DNA of 64,000 nucleotides from an uncultured bacterium (GCA_903824855.1 CAIJYI010000037.1:18684-82683), one strand, 5' to 3'; positions 28,941 through 38,930 are shown, numbered from the stretch's first letter. A program made the numbers and translations. The notes: a model not told the origin generated them from the sequence alone.

Positions 28941-29525
28941 TTATTTCCTTTCCGGGGACTTCCCAAACATCGATGTCGTTTTTTGATTAGGAACTTTTTT
29001 CTGTTGCACCGGAACCCTCTGCCGAATCAGATATTTATCTGGATTTTCACAGAGATCAACAAAGTCATCAGCTTCTTCTCGCAATTTTCCGGAAGTTGAT
29101 TTTCCAAAGGATGCCACTTCTACACGAATGCCCATATTTAAACGGAGGAATTGAACGAGTGGTACGAAGTCGCCGTCACCGGAAACAAGAATAACCACGT
29201 CCAATTTTGGTGCGAGAGAAATAGCATCAACGGCGAGTCCGACATCCCAGTCGGCTTTCTTTGCACCGCCGAAAAAGATTTGCAAATCCTTGGTTTTAAT
29301 TTCAATTCCGAGTTTCTCAAGCGCTTCAAAAAAGTTTTTCTCTTCGCCTGATTCCGTGGTGATGACATAAGCCAAAGCCCGAATAAGCGCGCGATCGCCA
29401 ACTGTTTCTTTGAGAATATTCTCAAAATTTGCGCGCGACTGATAGAGATTGCGAGCGCTATGATAAATGTTTTGCGTGTCTATAAAAACACCGACGCGCT
29501 GGTGTGAATGTTTAATTACTGCCAT
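28941..29525 (-). CDS. NYN-domain (LabA/DUF88-like) protein
   Basis: VGVFIDTQNIYHSA and VVILVSGDGDFVPLV motifs. Confidence 0.7.
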   Translation of the reverse strand: MAVIKHSHQRVGVFIDTQNIYHSARNLYQSRANFENILKETVGDRALIRALAYVITTESGEEKNFFEALEKLGIEIKTKDLQIFFGGAKKADWDVGLAVDAISLAPKLDVVILVSGDGDFVPLVQFLRLNMGIRVEVASFGKSTSGKLREEADDFVDLCENPDKYLIRQRVPVQQKKVPNQKTTSMFGKSPERK

Positions 29526-29544
29526 AAAAATGTAAGTAGAAAGT

Positions 29545-29795
29545 CCATCAAGTTCATCAAGTTTATAAAGTACGACGGTACGATATAACTTAAAAAACTT
29601 CTAAACTTTCAAATATTATTAAAAAAATGTGTTCGAGAAAAAATATAAAAAATTGTGTCAAAAGCAGAACCGTCGTCCGTACTTTATAAACTTAATACCC
29701 GTCTGTCTTTAGACAGAAACTTGATAAACTTGTCATCTCGTCGTCCGTACTTGATGAACTTGATAAACTTTATAACTTGATAAACTTAATTGTAC
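29545..29795. repeat. Intergenic array of degenerate tandem 9-mers (TTGATAAAC/TTTATAAAC/TTGATGAAC), each array preceded by a CGTCGTCCGTAC-like box; three sub-copies, one inverted
   Basis: Seen directly at 29545-29580 (inverted), 29668-29695 and 29736-29790. The same family recurs at 43058-43128. Confidence 0.6.
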
Positions 29796-29848
29796 ACGAA
29801 AATGAGAGGATTTTCATCCCCTCACCTTCTTTTGAAAACTTGTAGAGA

Positions 29849-30118
29849 TTATTTGTCTTTAAGACCGACTTTCTTCGCTAATTCAGTGAAGCGTTTCTCA
29901 TCTTTCTTTTTAAGATATTTGATGTGAGAACGTCTGTCGGCAACCATTTGAAGAAGACCTTTTCTTGAATGATTATCTTTTTTGTTATCTTTAAGGTGAT
30001 CGGCGAGAACGTCGATTTTCTTCGTTAAAAGAGCGATCTGCACTTCAGGAGATCCTGTATCGGTCTCATGGACGCGAACCTTCTTAACGATTGATTCTTT
30101 TTGTTTTTTCTTTAACAT
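29849..30118 (-). CDS. rpsO: 30S ribosomal protein S15
   Basis: HETDTGSPEVQIALLT motif. 89 aa. Confidence 0.95.
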   Translation of the reverse strand: MLKKKQKESIVKKVRVHETDTGSPEVQIALLTKKIDVLADHLKDNKKDNHSRKGLLQMVADRRSHIKYLKKKDEKRFTELAKKVGLKDK

Positions 30119-30188
30119 GGCCCTATCTTAGCATAAAACCGCTTTTTTTGCAAGCCCCCGCCCTCCCATCACTTTTATTATCATAAAA

Positions 30189-30219
30189 TATAAAAAACCA
30201 CCGATTTTCTCGGTGGTTT
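30189..30219 (-). terminator. Rho-independent terminator for the minus-strand gene ending at 30225
   Basis: Hairpin aaccaccga-ttttct-cggtggtt with a T-run on the minus strand. Confidence 0.7.
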
Positions 30220-30224
30220 CTACT

Positions 30225-30788
30225 TTATGAATTTTCTACACGGAAACTTTCGCAGTATATTCTCTCAATGGGACTGGGTTTCTTGATAAAAACCGACGGT
30301 AAGGCGTAATTCCCTTGATAATCCTCAATATTTACTCGAGATGAAACAAATTCACAATAGCTTTTTCTTACGTCGGGAATTAAACAAAGCTTCCCTAAAA
30401 ATGATGCCTTCCAAAATTTTCTTGCGGAAACAAACAAAAATTCTTCATCAAAAACGGAAACTTGATCGTCTGAATTGACTTCAAACGACAATTTCACCAA
30501 AGTTTTTGGTGATTTCTTCTTTTCTTCGCTATCCCCATGGTATTGAACCCAAGATTTCGTGACGTAATCCCAAACTTCCTTATCTCTTTTCCATTTCGGC
30601 AATTCTTCTTCAAGAAAGCAAAAAGTTCCTCTTTCTGTAAATGTTTTTGGCAAGAAGAGCAACCTTCTCATCCACTCATGTTTAGCAACATCAGCAATAC
30701 AGCTCCCGGAAAATAACGACCCGCTCTCACAAATTTTTTCGACAGCTTCTTCTGTTGTTAAATGAGAAACCAAAATCGGCATAAACAT
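30225..30788 (-). CDS. Hypothetical protein
   Basis: 187-aa ORF with no motif recognised. It has its own terminator. Confidence 0.5.
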   Translation of the reverse strand: MFMPILVSHLTTEEAVEKICESGSLFSGSCIADVAKHEWMRRLLFLPKTFTERGTFCFLEEELPKWKRDKEVWDYVTKSWVQYHGDSEEKKKSPKTLVKLSFEVNSDDQVSVFDEEFLFVSARKFWKASFLGKLCLIPDVRKSYCEFVSSRVNIEDYQGNYALPSVFIKKPSPIERIYCESFRVENS

Positions 30789-30901
30789 AACAATCTCCTA
30801 TTTCTATAAGAATAACAATCTGAGCAAAAAGTATCATAAATATAGATTTTAGTCAAAAAAAATTCGATTTTTTTTCTTATTTCCAGTAAAATAGAAGGGT
30901 A

Positions 30902-31837
30902 ATGAAACTTCCTCAATTAAAAACTGAATTTTTGGAACATCTTGAGATTGAGCGAGGCCGTTCACTCAAAACAATTGAGAATTATGACCATTATTTATCG
31001 CGCTTTTTAGAATTCGCAAAACTCACGGAAGCGGATGAAATAACTGATGAAATCGTGCGAAAATACCGCATTTGGCTCAACAGGCAAGATGCGGGAAAAA
31101 AACGCCGAGGGGCAGATGAAGGAATATCCGGAACTCTTAAAAAGAAAACGCAGAATTATTACCTTATCGCCTTGCGCGCCTTCCTCAAATACCTTGTCCG
31201 ACGGGAAATAAAATCACTTCAGCCCGACCGAATCGATCTTGCTAAGACGAGCGAGCGTTCACTTGACCTTATTTCGAGTGACGAACTCGCAAGACTTCTT
31301 TCTGCGCCAAAAGGAGATAAACTTCAGAATCTCCGCGACCGAGCTATTCTGGAATTACTTTTCTCAACAGGACTGCGCGTTTCCGAGCTCTGTTCCCTTT
31401 CCCGATATATAGATTTAAAAAAAGATGAACTCTCTGTAAGGGGGAAAGGTGAGAAAATCCGCGTTGTTTTTCTTTCCGAAGACGCTAAAGACGCGATAAA
31501 AAAATATTTGGAAAAACGCGACGATGTCGACGATGCACTTTTTGTTAAACATACGAACGGTGGTGCCAAAGACTCAAAATCGCTTCGCTTAACTCCAAGA
31601 AGTGTCGAGCGAATGGCGGAACACTATGCACTCGCCGCCGGTATTTCAAAAAAAGTTACCCCGCACGTCATTCGCCACAGTTTCGCCACAGACCTCCTCG
31701 AAAACGGAGCCGACCTTCGGAGTGTCCAGGTAATGCTCGGTCATTCCAATATCGCGACTACTCAAATCTATACCCACGTCACAGATAAAGGTTTGAGAGA
31801 AATCCACAAAAATTTCCACGGAAAAAAACGAACATAA
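30902..31837 (+). CDS. xerC: Tyrosine recombinase XerC/XerD family
   Basis: HVIRHSFATDLLENGADLRSVQVMLGHSNIATTQIYTHV catalytic region with RHRY residues. The N-terminal core-binding domain is Xer-like. Confidence 0.85.
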   Translation: MKLPQLKTEFLEHLEIERGRSLKTIENYDHYLSRFLEFAKLTEADEITDEIVRKYRIWLNRQDAGKKRRGADEGISGTLKKKTQNYYLIALRAFLKYLVRREIKSLQPDRIDLAKTSERSLDLISSDELARLLSAPKGDKLQNLRDRAILELLFSTGLRVSELCSLSRYIDLKKDELSVRGKGEKIRVVFLSEDAKDAIKKYLEKRDDVDDALFVKHTNGGAKDSKSLRLTPRSVERMAEHYALAAGISKKVTPHVIRHSFATDLLENGADLRSVQVMLGHSNIATTQIYTHVTDKGLREIHKNFHGKKRT

Positions 31838-31910
31838 AATATCTTTTTACACACGAACATCTTTATGATAGGGTTTGAGAAGATGTTTTTATAGTACAAA
31901 AGGAGGATAT

Positions 31911-32711
31911 ATGAGTGAGACGAATGAAGTCGTGTTGAAAGAACCGACTCTTCGGATAAACGAGAAAGGTATATATAATTCTTACCTCCGAGGTCATCTC
32001 TTAGGGAAAGGTATTTCGTATGAACTAATCAAAAAATGTCTTTCGGAAGGAAAAGAAGTTACAGGCTCATTGAAGTATAAAAAAGAAGGAACGAGATATT
32101 TTGTTCTTTCTGTTGAAAAAGAAGCAGATTTGCCGGGAGCTTTTATTCTCCCCTCTACGCATGGACCCCTGGGCAATAAAGTTTCCAATTGGAATTCGTC
32201 CTGCACTTTTAAATTTCGCCACGGTCGGCTGGTTCCGGTAATAAAAAGAAAGGATATTCCGGATTGGCTCATAAAATATGCGACAACCTTTTGGGTTATT
32301 GTAGAAAAAAATGAACTTCAAGATGAAACACTATTGAACCGCGATGGTCCGACGGAAAAAGACATCGAGGGAAGCTGGTTCGTTGTAACTGCCCATTTTG
32401 GACCACCAAACATTCCAAAACCACGTGTTCCGAAAGATTGCGGTAATAAAACGGATTTGAAAAATTATTTGAATGATTTGGATAATTGGAATCGTCAGCA
32501 ATTTAGTACCGTATATATAGACTTGGAAACCGACGGTCAAACCGGCCCGTGTGAAGCATCAAAAGAAAATCATGATGAAATAGCAGAACTCAAAAAAATC
32601 GTCTCATTTCAGCAAAAACAAATGGAAGAAATGCGCGAAGAGATACATCGTCTAAAAAAGATTTTCACGAAAAGAATGCGTTCAAAAGAACGGGGTGAAA
32701 ACAGAAAATAG
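31911..32711 (+). CDS. Hypothetical protein downstream of xer
   Basis: 266 aa from the ATG at 31911. No motif recognised. The C-terminus is a Lys/Glu-rich coiled coil. Confidence 0.5.
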   Translation: MSETNEVVLKEPTLRINEKGIYNSYLRGHLLGKGISYELIKKCLSEGKEVTGSLKYKKEGTRYFVLSVEKEADLPGAFILPSTHGPLGNKVSNWNSSCTFKFRHGRLVPVIKRKDIPDWLIKYATTFWVIVEKNELQDETLLNRDGPTEKDIEGSWFVVTAHFGPPNIPKPRVPKDCGNKTDLKNYLNDLDNWNRQQFSTVYIDLETDGQTGPCEASKENHDEIAELKKIVSFQQKQMEEMREEIHRLKKIFTKRMRSKERGENRK

Positions 32712-32716
32712 AAACA

Positions 32717-32752
32717 AAAGCACAGGAAATTATCCCTGTGCTATTTTATTTA
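32717..32752 (+). terminator. Rho-independent terminator
   Basis: Hairpin aagcacagg-aaattatc-cctgtgct followed by ATTTTATTT. Confidence 0.65.
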
Positions 32753-32759
32753 TACACTA

Positions 32760-32787
32760 TTGACAAAATACAGCATGAGCGTATTAT
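32760..32787 (+). promoter_or_regulatory. Near-consensus sigma70 promoter (TTGACA, 16-nt spacer, TATTAT) upstream of nusA
   Basis: Read directly. TTGACA lies at 32760-32765 and TATTAT at 32782-32787. Confidence 0.55.
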
Positions 32788-32852
32788 ATATGTATACCTA
32801 AGTCCGTCCTGCACGGGCTTATTTTTTTAAAAAAATTATTATTTTAATAACG

Positions 32853-32925
32853 AGGTTATAGGGGTTAGGGATTAGGTTTTAGACGAAACGGTTTCCGTTT
32901 TTCTAACCCCTAAAACCTATAACCT
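32853..32925 (+). promoter_or_regulatory. Large imperfect palindrome of GGTTAGG-like units in the nusA leader
   Basis: Left arm ggttataggggttagggattagg, central hairpin gaaacgg-tttc-cgttt, right arm ctaacccctaaaacctataacc. The palindrome ends 14 nt before the nusA ATG. Confidence 0.5.
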
Positions 32926-32938
32926 AAGCTAAAAATAT

Positions 32939-34249
32939 ATGTTATTTGATCTGAAAACAATGCGCTCAGCGCTCGATCAGCTAGAAGAAGAAAAAGGCAT
33001 TTCCCGTGAGAAAATCATGGAGGCAATTGAGATGTCACTTGCTGCCGCCTATAAAAAAGAATATGGAAAGAAAGGACAAATTGTCCGCGCAAAATTCGAT
33101 ATGGAAACAGGAAATACCGATTTTTCACAAGTAAAAATCGTTGTGGACGAATCTATCGTAAAAATGCCGGCACCTCTCGATGAGAACGGTGAACCAATCG
33201 AAGAAGAAGAAAAAGACCCGAACGATCTTCGAACTCGTTTCAATACTGAACACCATATTCTTCTCGAAGATGCGAAGAAAATTAAACGCGGAGCTAAAAT
33301 TGAAGACGAAATTGTTTTCCCTCTTGAAACCAAAGAAGATTTTGGACGTATTGCCGCACAGACAGCAAAGCAGGTCATCATTCAGAAAATTCGCGAAGCG
33401 GAAAAAAGCACAACAATGGAAGAATTTGGCCACAAAGAAGGAGGAGTTGTCAGTGGAACCGTTCAGCGTGTTGAAAAAGGAAATATCTTTGTTGACCTTG
33501 GGAAAAGCACCGCTATCCTCCCCTATGAAGAACAAATTTCTCGCGAGCACTTTCGCCCGGGTGAAAGAATAAAAGCATTCCTTTATCGCGTTGAAGATAC
33601 ACCGAGAGGAATCAATTTAAGACTTTCTCGTACTCATCCAAAACTCGTTGAAGAATTTTTCAAAATGGAAGCGCCTGAAGTAGCGTCGGGAGTTGTTGAA
33701 ATCAAGAACATCGCGAGGGAGCCGGGTTCCCGTTCAAAAATTGCAGTATTTTCAGTTGATGAACATATTGACCCTGTCGGTTCCTGTGTCGGACAAAGAG
33801 GTGTTCGCGTCAATACCGTCATGAGTGAATTAGGAGGAGAAAAGATTGATATTATTGAATGGTCTGACGATGCACAGAAATTCATTATTGAAGCGCTCGC
33901 TCCTGCAAAAATTCTTTCCGTTCAATTACGTGAAGAAGAAAAACGCGCATCAGTAACCGTTAACGAAGATCAACTTTCACTCGCTATCGGTAAAGGAGGT
34001 CAAAATGCAAGACTTGCCGCAAAGCTTACCGGTTGGAAAATAGATATCCATCCGGCATCAGAAATCCCTTCTGAAAGCGTTGAAGAAGAAAAAACAGAGG
34101 AAAGAACTGAAGAGAAAGTTGAAGTAAAAGAGAAAAAGAAACGCGTTTCAAAAAAGAAAGAAGAAACGGGTGACGAAGCTGAAGAAGTAGAGGAGGAAGT
34201 TATTGAAGAGGAAGCCGGAGTAGACGCAACCGCCCCAGTAGAAGAATAA
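32939..34249 (+). CDS. nusA: Transcription termination/antitermination factor NusA
   Basis: N-terminal domain plus S1 and two KH regions (GxxGxxxxRV, LAIGKGGQNARLAAKLTGWKIDI). Acidic C-terminal tail. Confidence 0.9.
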   Translation: MLFDLKTMRSALDQLEEEKGISREKIMEAIEMSLAAAYKKEYGKKGQIVRAKFDMETGNTDFSQVKIVVDESIVKMPAPLDENGEPIEEEEKDPNDLRTRFNTEHHILLEDAKKIKRGAKIEDEIVFPLETKEDFGRIAAQTAKQVIIQKIREAEKSTTMEEFGHKEGGVVSGTVQRVEKGNIFVDLGKSTAILPYEEQISREHFRPGERIKAFLYRVEDTPRGINLRLSRTHPKLVEEFFKMEAPEVASGVVEIKNIAREPGSRSKIAVFSVDEHIDPVGSCVGQRGVRVNTVMSELGGEKIDIIEWSDDAQKFIIEALAPAKILSVQLREEEKRASVTVNEDQLSLAIGKGGQNARLAAKLTGWKIDIHPASEIPSESVEEEKTEERTEEKVEVKEKKKRVSKKKEETGDEAEEVEEEVIEEEAGVDATAPVEE

Positions 34250-34257
34250 ATAAAAAA

Positions 34258-34288
34258 ACGAACCACCAACCGGTGGTTCATTTTTTTA
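34258..34288 (+). terminator. Rho-independent terminator
   Basis: Hairpin gaaccacc-aacc-ggtggttc followed by TTTTTTT. Confidence 0.75.
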
Positions 34289-34541
34289 TAATACTAAAAT
34301 GTGACCTTTGAAAAAAAGAACACTGAAATGATTTTGAGTCAATATTGATTGATTTTTATATTAAGGGTATTATAGTATTTCTGCTACATGCCTTTATTGG
34401 GGCATAAATTAACAATCGTTATTAATATTTACATCGAACAAGGGTCTCTCACCCTGCTCGGAACGTTTTGAATTGGTCATCCGCTAGCCGGCAGGCCCTT
34501 CGAAGAAAAAATATTTATTTTAATAATATAAAAGTACATAT

Positions 34542-36542
34542 ATGTCGGAAAATCAAATTTTAATGTATGCAATCGGCTCTAGCCTTATTGCTCTCCTCTA
34601 CGGAGGATACCTTATTTACAAGATCCTTAAACAATCGGAAGGAAACGAGAAAATGAAGGAAATCGCTTCTGCTATCCAGGAGGGTGCAAAAGCATATCTC
34701 TCTCGCCAATACCAAACGGTCGGAATTGTCGCCTTGGTAGTGATTTGTATCATGCTTTTCACAGGTTTTTCAGATAACACCATTTTTGCTTTTGTCATCG
34801 GCGCAGCATTTTCTGCACTCGCAGGTTTCATTGGAATGAATGTTTCCGTTCGCGCAAATGTTCGTACGGCTGAAGCGGCGAGAAAAGGATTGGCTCCAGC
34901 TCTCGCTCTCGCTTTCGAAGGAGGTGCCGTAACAGGACTTTTTGTTGTCGGTTTAGGGTTGCTTTCCGTTAGCGGTTTTTACATGATCACAAAAGATACC
35001 GCCGCTTTAATAGGCCTCGGTTTCGGAGCTTCTCTTATCTCTGTTTTTGCTCGCCTTGGAGGTGGAATTTTCACCAAAGGTGCTGACGTCGGTACCGACA
35101 TGGTTGGAAAAATCGAAGCCGGAATTCCTGAAGATGATCCAAGAAACCCCGGTGTTATTGCCGATAACGTTGGAGACAACGTAGGAGATTGTGCAGGAAT
35201 GGCTGCTGACCTTTTTGAAACCTATGCCGTCTCTGCTATCGCTATCATCTTACTCGGAAGAGTCGTGTTCACAGACTATTCAAATGCAATAGTTTACCCT
35301 CTCGCCATTGGAGCAGCTTCCATTTTCACTACAATAATCGGAACATGGTTTGCAAAGCTTGGAAAATCCGAAAGTATCATGGGGGCTCTCTACAAAAGCT
35401 TGATTGTTACCGGAATTCTTTCAGCAATTGCTTTCTACCCAATCACCAATTACTTAATGGCCGACAATGGACTCTTCACGGTCACCTCACTATATCTCGC
35501 TGCCCTCATCGGTCTCGTTGTAACCGGAGCAATCGTTGTTATTACTGAATATTACACCGCGAGTAAATACTCCCCTGTCCAAAGTATCGCTCAGGCCAGC
35601 ACAACAGGTCATGGAACGAATATCATTCAAGGACTCGCCATAGGAATGCAGGCTACCGCACTTCCTATCGTTGTTATCGTTATTGCAATTCTCTCAGCTT
35701 TCCATCTCGCAGGACTTTACGGTATCGCTCTCGCTGTCATGAGCATGCTTTCCTTAACGGGAATCGTTGTAGCCATTGACGCGTTTGGTCCAATCACCGA
35801 CAATGCCGGTGGGATTGCAGAAATGTCCGGTCTTGATAAAACAGTGCGTAAAATCACGGACGCTCTTGATGCTGTCGGAAATACAACAAAAGCTGTAACA
35901 AAAGGATATGCGATTGCTTCAGCAGGTCTCGCAGCTATGGTGTTGTTTGCTGCTTACACGGAAGAACTGAAATTGAATGGAATTTCTTCCGTCTTTGACC
36001 TTTCCGATACAAAAGTTTTAGTTGGTCTTCTTATCGGAGGATTACTCCCTTACCTCTTCGCTTCAATGGCTATGTCTGCCGTTGGAACTGCCGCAAAAGC
36101 TGTTGTTGAGGAAGTTCGCCGACAATTCCGCGACATTAAAGGGATTATGGAAGGTACCGCCAAACCGGAATATTCTAAATGTGTTGATATTGTTACCACT
36201 GCAGCCATCAAAGAAATGGTTATTCCTGCCCTTCTCCCTGTTGTCGTACCGATTCTTGTCGGTCTTATCTTAGGACCCGCAGCTCTCGGAGGTTTGCTTG
36301 TCGGTTGTATCATCACCGGTCTCTTCGTTGGAATGTCTATGACCACAGGAGGCGCAGCGTGGGACAATTCCAAGAAATATATTGAAGATGGAGCTCATGG
36401 AGGAAAAGGTTCCGACGCTCACAAATCATCAGTTACCGGTGATACAGTCGGGGATCCTTACAAAGATACAGCCGGCCCTGCCATCAACCCGATGATTAAA
36501 ATCATCAATATCGTCGCATTACTCTTGGTCAGATTCCTCTAA
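34542..36542 (+). CDS. hppA: Membrane-bound proton/sodium-translocating pyrophosphatase
   Basis: [18 protein letters not shown] and [21 protein letters not shown] motifs. Polytopic, 666 aa. Confidence 0.9.
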   Translation: MSENQILMYAIGSSLIALLYGGYLIYKILKQSEGNEKMKEIASAIQEGAKAYLSRQYQTVGIVALVVICIMLFTGFSDNTIFAFVIGAAFSALAGFIGMNVSVRANVRTAEAARKGLAPALALAFEGGAVTGLFVVGLGLLSVSGFYMITKDTAALIGLGFGASLISVFARLGGGIFTKGADVGTDMVGKIEAGIPEDDPRNPGVIADNVGDNVGDCAGMAADLFETYAVSAIAIILLGRVVFTDYSNAIVYPLAIGAASIFTTIIGTWFAKLGKSESIMGALYKSLIVTGILSAIAFYPITNYLMADNGLFTVTSLYLAALIGLVVTGAIVVITEYYTASKYSPVQSIAQASTTGHGTNIIQGLAIGMQATALPIVVIVIAILSAFHLAGLYGIALAVMSMLSLTGIVVAIDAFGPITDNAGGIAEMSGLDKTVRKITDALDAVGNTTKAVTKGYAIASAGLAAMVLFAAYTEELKLNGISSVFDLSDTKVLVGLLIGGLLPYLFASMAMSAVGTAAKAVVEEVRRQFRDIKGIMEGTAKPEYSKCVDIVTTAAIKEMVIPALLPVVVPILVGLILGPAALGGLLVGCIITGLFVGMSMTTGGAAWDNSKKYIEDGAHGGKGSDAHKSSVTGDTVGDPYKDTAGPAINPMIKIINIVALLLVRFL

Positions 36543-36565
36543 TCTTTGTAACAATAGTTTATCAA

Positions 36566-36598
36566 CAACCCCGCTTTACAAATAAAGCGGGGTTTTGG
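36566..36598 (+). terminator. Rho-independent terminator
   Basis: Hairpin aaccccgcttta-caaat-aaagcggggtt followed by TTGG. Confidence 0.65.
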
Positions 36599-36654
36599 TG
36601 TATAATTGAAGAAAGAAAAGTTTTAAGTATTTTATTAGCATTACTATAAAAAAA

Positions 36655-37374
36655 ATGAAATCGATAAAATTCACAGTAGTCGCTCTGACTATTATAATGT
36701 CGACACCTTTCGCTTTTGCGCAAGAAACGACAACCACTCCACCCGCACCAACATTAAGAACGGAGAGACAAACGCAAATAAATCTTTTGAAGCAAAAAGA
36801 GGATGCGCTCCGCGAAAAAGCATCATCAACAAGAGAGATGCTTCGCGAAAAAGCTTCTACAACAAAAGCAAATATTCTTGAAAAAGCCCAGACAATGAGG
36901 GAGAAAGTCCAAGAGAAAAAAACAGAAATAAAAAATAATTTTGATGCAAAGAAAATTGCGATATTAAAAAGAACGGCAGAAAATACGATAAAAGTTCTTC
37001 AGGCAGCTATCGCCCGCCTCGAACAAATTGCTAAACGTCTTGATTCTCGTATTGCAAAAATGGAAACAAACAAGATTGACGTCTCTAAAGCAAAAGCTGA
37101 TCTCGTTATCGCAAGACAAAAGATTACTGATGCAAAAACAGCTCTTACTACGGCAATAACGGCTATTGGAGGAATTGAGGAAGCTGCAAAAAATGCCAGC
37201 ACAACACCGAATGTCATGGGAGAAAGCACTGCTAAGATTAAAGCTTTGGCAAAAACAGTAAAAGATGCTTTACAAGCCGCACACACACAACTTGTTTTGG
37301 TGACGAGCGAATTAAAAGGAAAAGAGGGCCCGGGAAACAAGCATGCGACCACAACACAGGAGACAGTACAATAA
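36655..37374 (+). CDS. Secreted helical-repeat protein (signal peptide)
   Basis: Signal peptide MKSIKFTVVALTIIMSTPFAFAQE, followed by Ala/Lys-rich repeats. Confidence 0.55.
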   Translation: MKSIKFTVVALTIIMSTPFAFAQETTTTPPAPTLRTERQTQINLLKQKEDALREKASSTREMLREKASTTKANILEKAQTMREKVQEKKTEIKNNFDAKKIAILKRTAENTIKVLQAAIARLEQIAKRLDSRIAKMETNKIDVSKAKADLVIARQKITDAKTALTTAITAIGGIEEAAKNASTTPNVMGESTAKIKALAKTVKDALQAAHTQLVLVTSELKGKEGPGNKHATTTQETVQ

Positions 37375-37412
37375 AGAATTATAAAAAATAATAATCATTA
37401 TATTTAAATTTT

Positions 37413-37769
37413 ATGGAGAATGAAAATTTAACACCTACTCCTCTTACAGACGAAGCCCCTCTGCAAGCCCCCATTCCAAAAATAAATATCGAGAATAAAT
37501 CTTCAGGACCGCTTGTCGGCACTATTATTGTTATTCTCGTCCTCGTATTGGGTGGATTTTTCCTCTGGAGCACAAAAATTCAACCACAAATTGATAAAAA
37601 GACGGAGGGAACAACAGAAGAACAACAAGTCGTTGCAGAAACAGCAATGACCAATACCGCCGTCGAGCAACTCACCACACAAAGTCCTTCGGACGAAACT
37701 TCTTCTATTGAAGCCGATCTAAAAGCGACCGACATCGATTCACTAGATAAGAGCCTCCAAAATTTATAA
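37413..37769 (+). CDS. Small single-pass membrane protein
   Basis: TM segment LVGTIIVILVLVLGGFFLW. Confidence 0.45.
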   Translation: MENENLTPTPLTDEAPLQAPIPKINIENKSSGPLVGTIIVILVLVLGGFFLWSTKIQPQIDKKTEGTTEEQQVVAETAMTNTAVEQLTTQSPSDETSSIEADLKATDIDSLDKSLQNL

Positions 37770-37794
37770 AAAGACACTAAATATCTTAATATAA

Positions 37795-37828
37795 AAATCT
37801 CCCCGAAATAAGTCGGGGAGATTTTTTA
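37795..37828. terminator. Bidirectional rho-independent terminator
   Basis: Hairpin aaatctccccga-aataagt-cggggagattt followed by a T-run. Confidence 0.75.
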
Positions 37829-37850
37829 AAATTCTTTAAAAAATAGAGGG

Positions 37851-38834
37851 TTATTTTATACATGAAAGCTTCGCGATTTTGGTTCGAGTGAGAGGGCCAA
37901 CATAACCGGTTCCGGAGATTCCGTTTGCTATCTGGAATTTTTTTACGGCAGACAAAGTAAGCAAACCAAAATATCCGGTTGGAGTAGAATTGAGATACCC
38001 TTTTTCATTCAGAACTTTTTGCAAAAGAGAAACTCCGCCTTTCGTGAGAATATCCCGCGAACCGTATTTCACATCCACCGAAGGCGCAACGCAAAGAGCA
38101 GAAACAAGTGATGTTGTTATCGGTTGTGTCGTAATTGTTGTGATTGTCGGGGGAATTGATACGGTAGATGTTGCTTGAACGGGAGTTGTTGTAGCGGCAA
38201 TAATCACCGTAGAATAATTAGACATCCCATTCCAGTTGCTCACCCAAAAATTATAAAGTTTAGGAGAAAGATCTTCTGGTACAATAAAAGAAATAGTGTT
38301 CCCGTCTTCACTTGGTGCCGTTACTGAAGAAGGAGTATCTAATGATGTGGCGATGTTCACAATATTTCCTGCGGGTAAAGGTAAAAATCCTTGCCCGATT
38401 ACATACGCCGTTTTCCCCGGAATAAGTGCTCCTCCCGGCTCTTTTGAAACTACTCCGTTCACCGAAGGTCGAACAAACGGCTTCACAAAAACACTTACAG
38501 AGTCGCTAACCGTTGTTCCTGAGCTATCCGAACAAGTGATACTGAAAAAAGTATTACTGATGATATTTTCAAAGGAGATAGTTCCTGACGTGCCAAGACC
38601 CCCCTGCCATCCGGTTGTTGTTGTTGCCGAACCATTTTGATATCCGGAACAAGATCCTATTCCCGTCGATGTCCAAGTAAGTACCGGTACCGCACCATAA
38701 GACATGTTAATCGGACCGTCGAGACCGTTTATCTTAAGATCAACGCCCACACTCTGACTCGTATCAGCATGTGAAGCAATTGGGAAAACCGCAAAAAATA
38801 TTAAAATAAAAAAAAGAGATATTTTTGTTTTCAT
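37851..38834 (-). CDS. Secreted protein with C-terminal peptidoglycan-binding domain (PG_binding_1-like)
   Basis: Signal peptide MKTKISLFFILIFFAVFPIASHA. C-terminal LLQKVLNEKGYL...GYFGLLTLSAVKKFQ matches the PG-binding pattern. Confidence 0.65.
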   Translation of the reverse strand: MKTKISLFFILIFFAVFPIASHADTSQSVGVDLKINGLDGPINMSYGAVPVLTWTSTGIGSCSGYQNGSATTTTGWQGGLGTSGTISFENIISNTFFSITCSDSSGTTVSDSVSVFVKPFVRPSVNGVVSKEPGGALIPGKTAYVIGQGFLPLPAGNIVNIATSLDTPSSVTAPSEDGNTISFIVPEDLSPKLYNFWVSNWNGMSNYSTVIIAATTTPVQATSTVSIPPTITTITTQPITTSLVSALCVAPSVDVKYGSRDILTKGGVSLLQKVLNEKGYLNSTPTGYFGLLTLSAVKKFQIANGISGTGYVGPLTRTKIAKLSCIK

Positions 38835-38930
38835 GATTTTATTATACCACAAACGAAAATATTTTTGTTTACAAAAAAAACCGGTAAATGTATAATAGTG
38901 GTAATTACTAAAGAAAATAAAGAGATATTC

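Noticed and set aside
29545-29795. Possible CRISPR array suggested by the short tandem repeats
   Set aside because: The units are 8-9 bp, degenerate and contiguous, with no 25-40-bp repeat and spacer periodicity. No cas genes lie nearby.
30902-32711. Xer-like recombinase plus downstream orphan gene as an integrated prophage or integrative element
   Set aside because: There are no phage structural, replication or excisionase genes, and no flanking direct repeats that I could find. The recombinase has the XerC/D-type N-terminal domain, so it is probably the chromosomal dimer-resolution enzyme. It does remain a candidate trans-acting recombinase for the tRNA-linked elements.
32853-32925. Telomere-like TTAGGG/GGTTAGG units
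   Set aside because: This is a bacterial intergenic palindrome of a few units, not a terminal repeat array. It is a coincidental resemblance.
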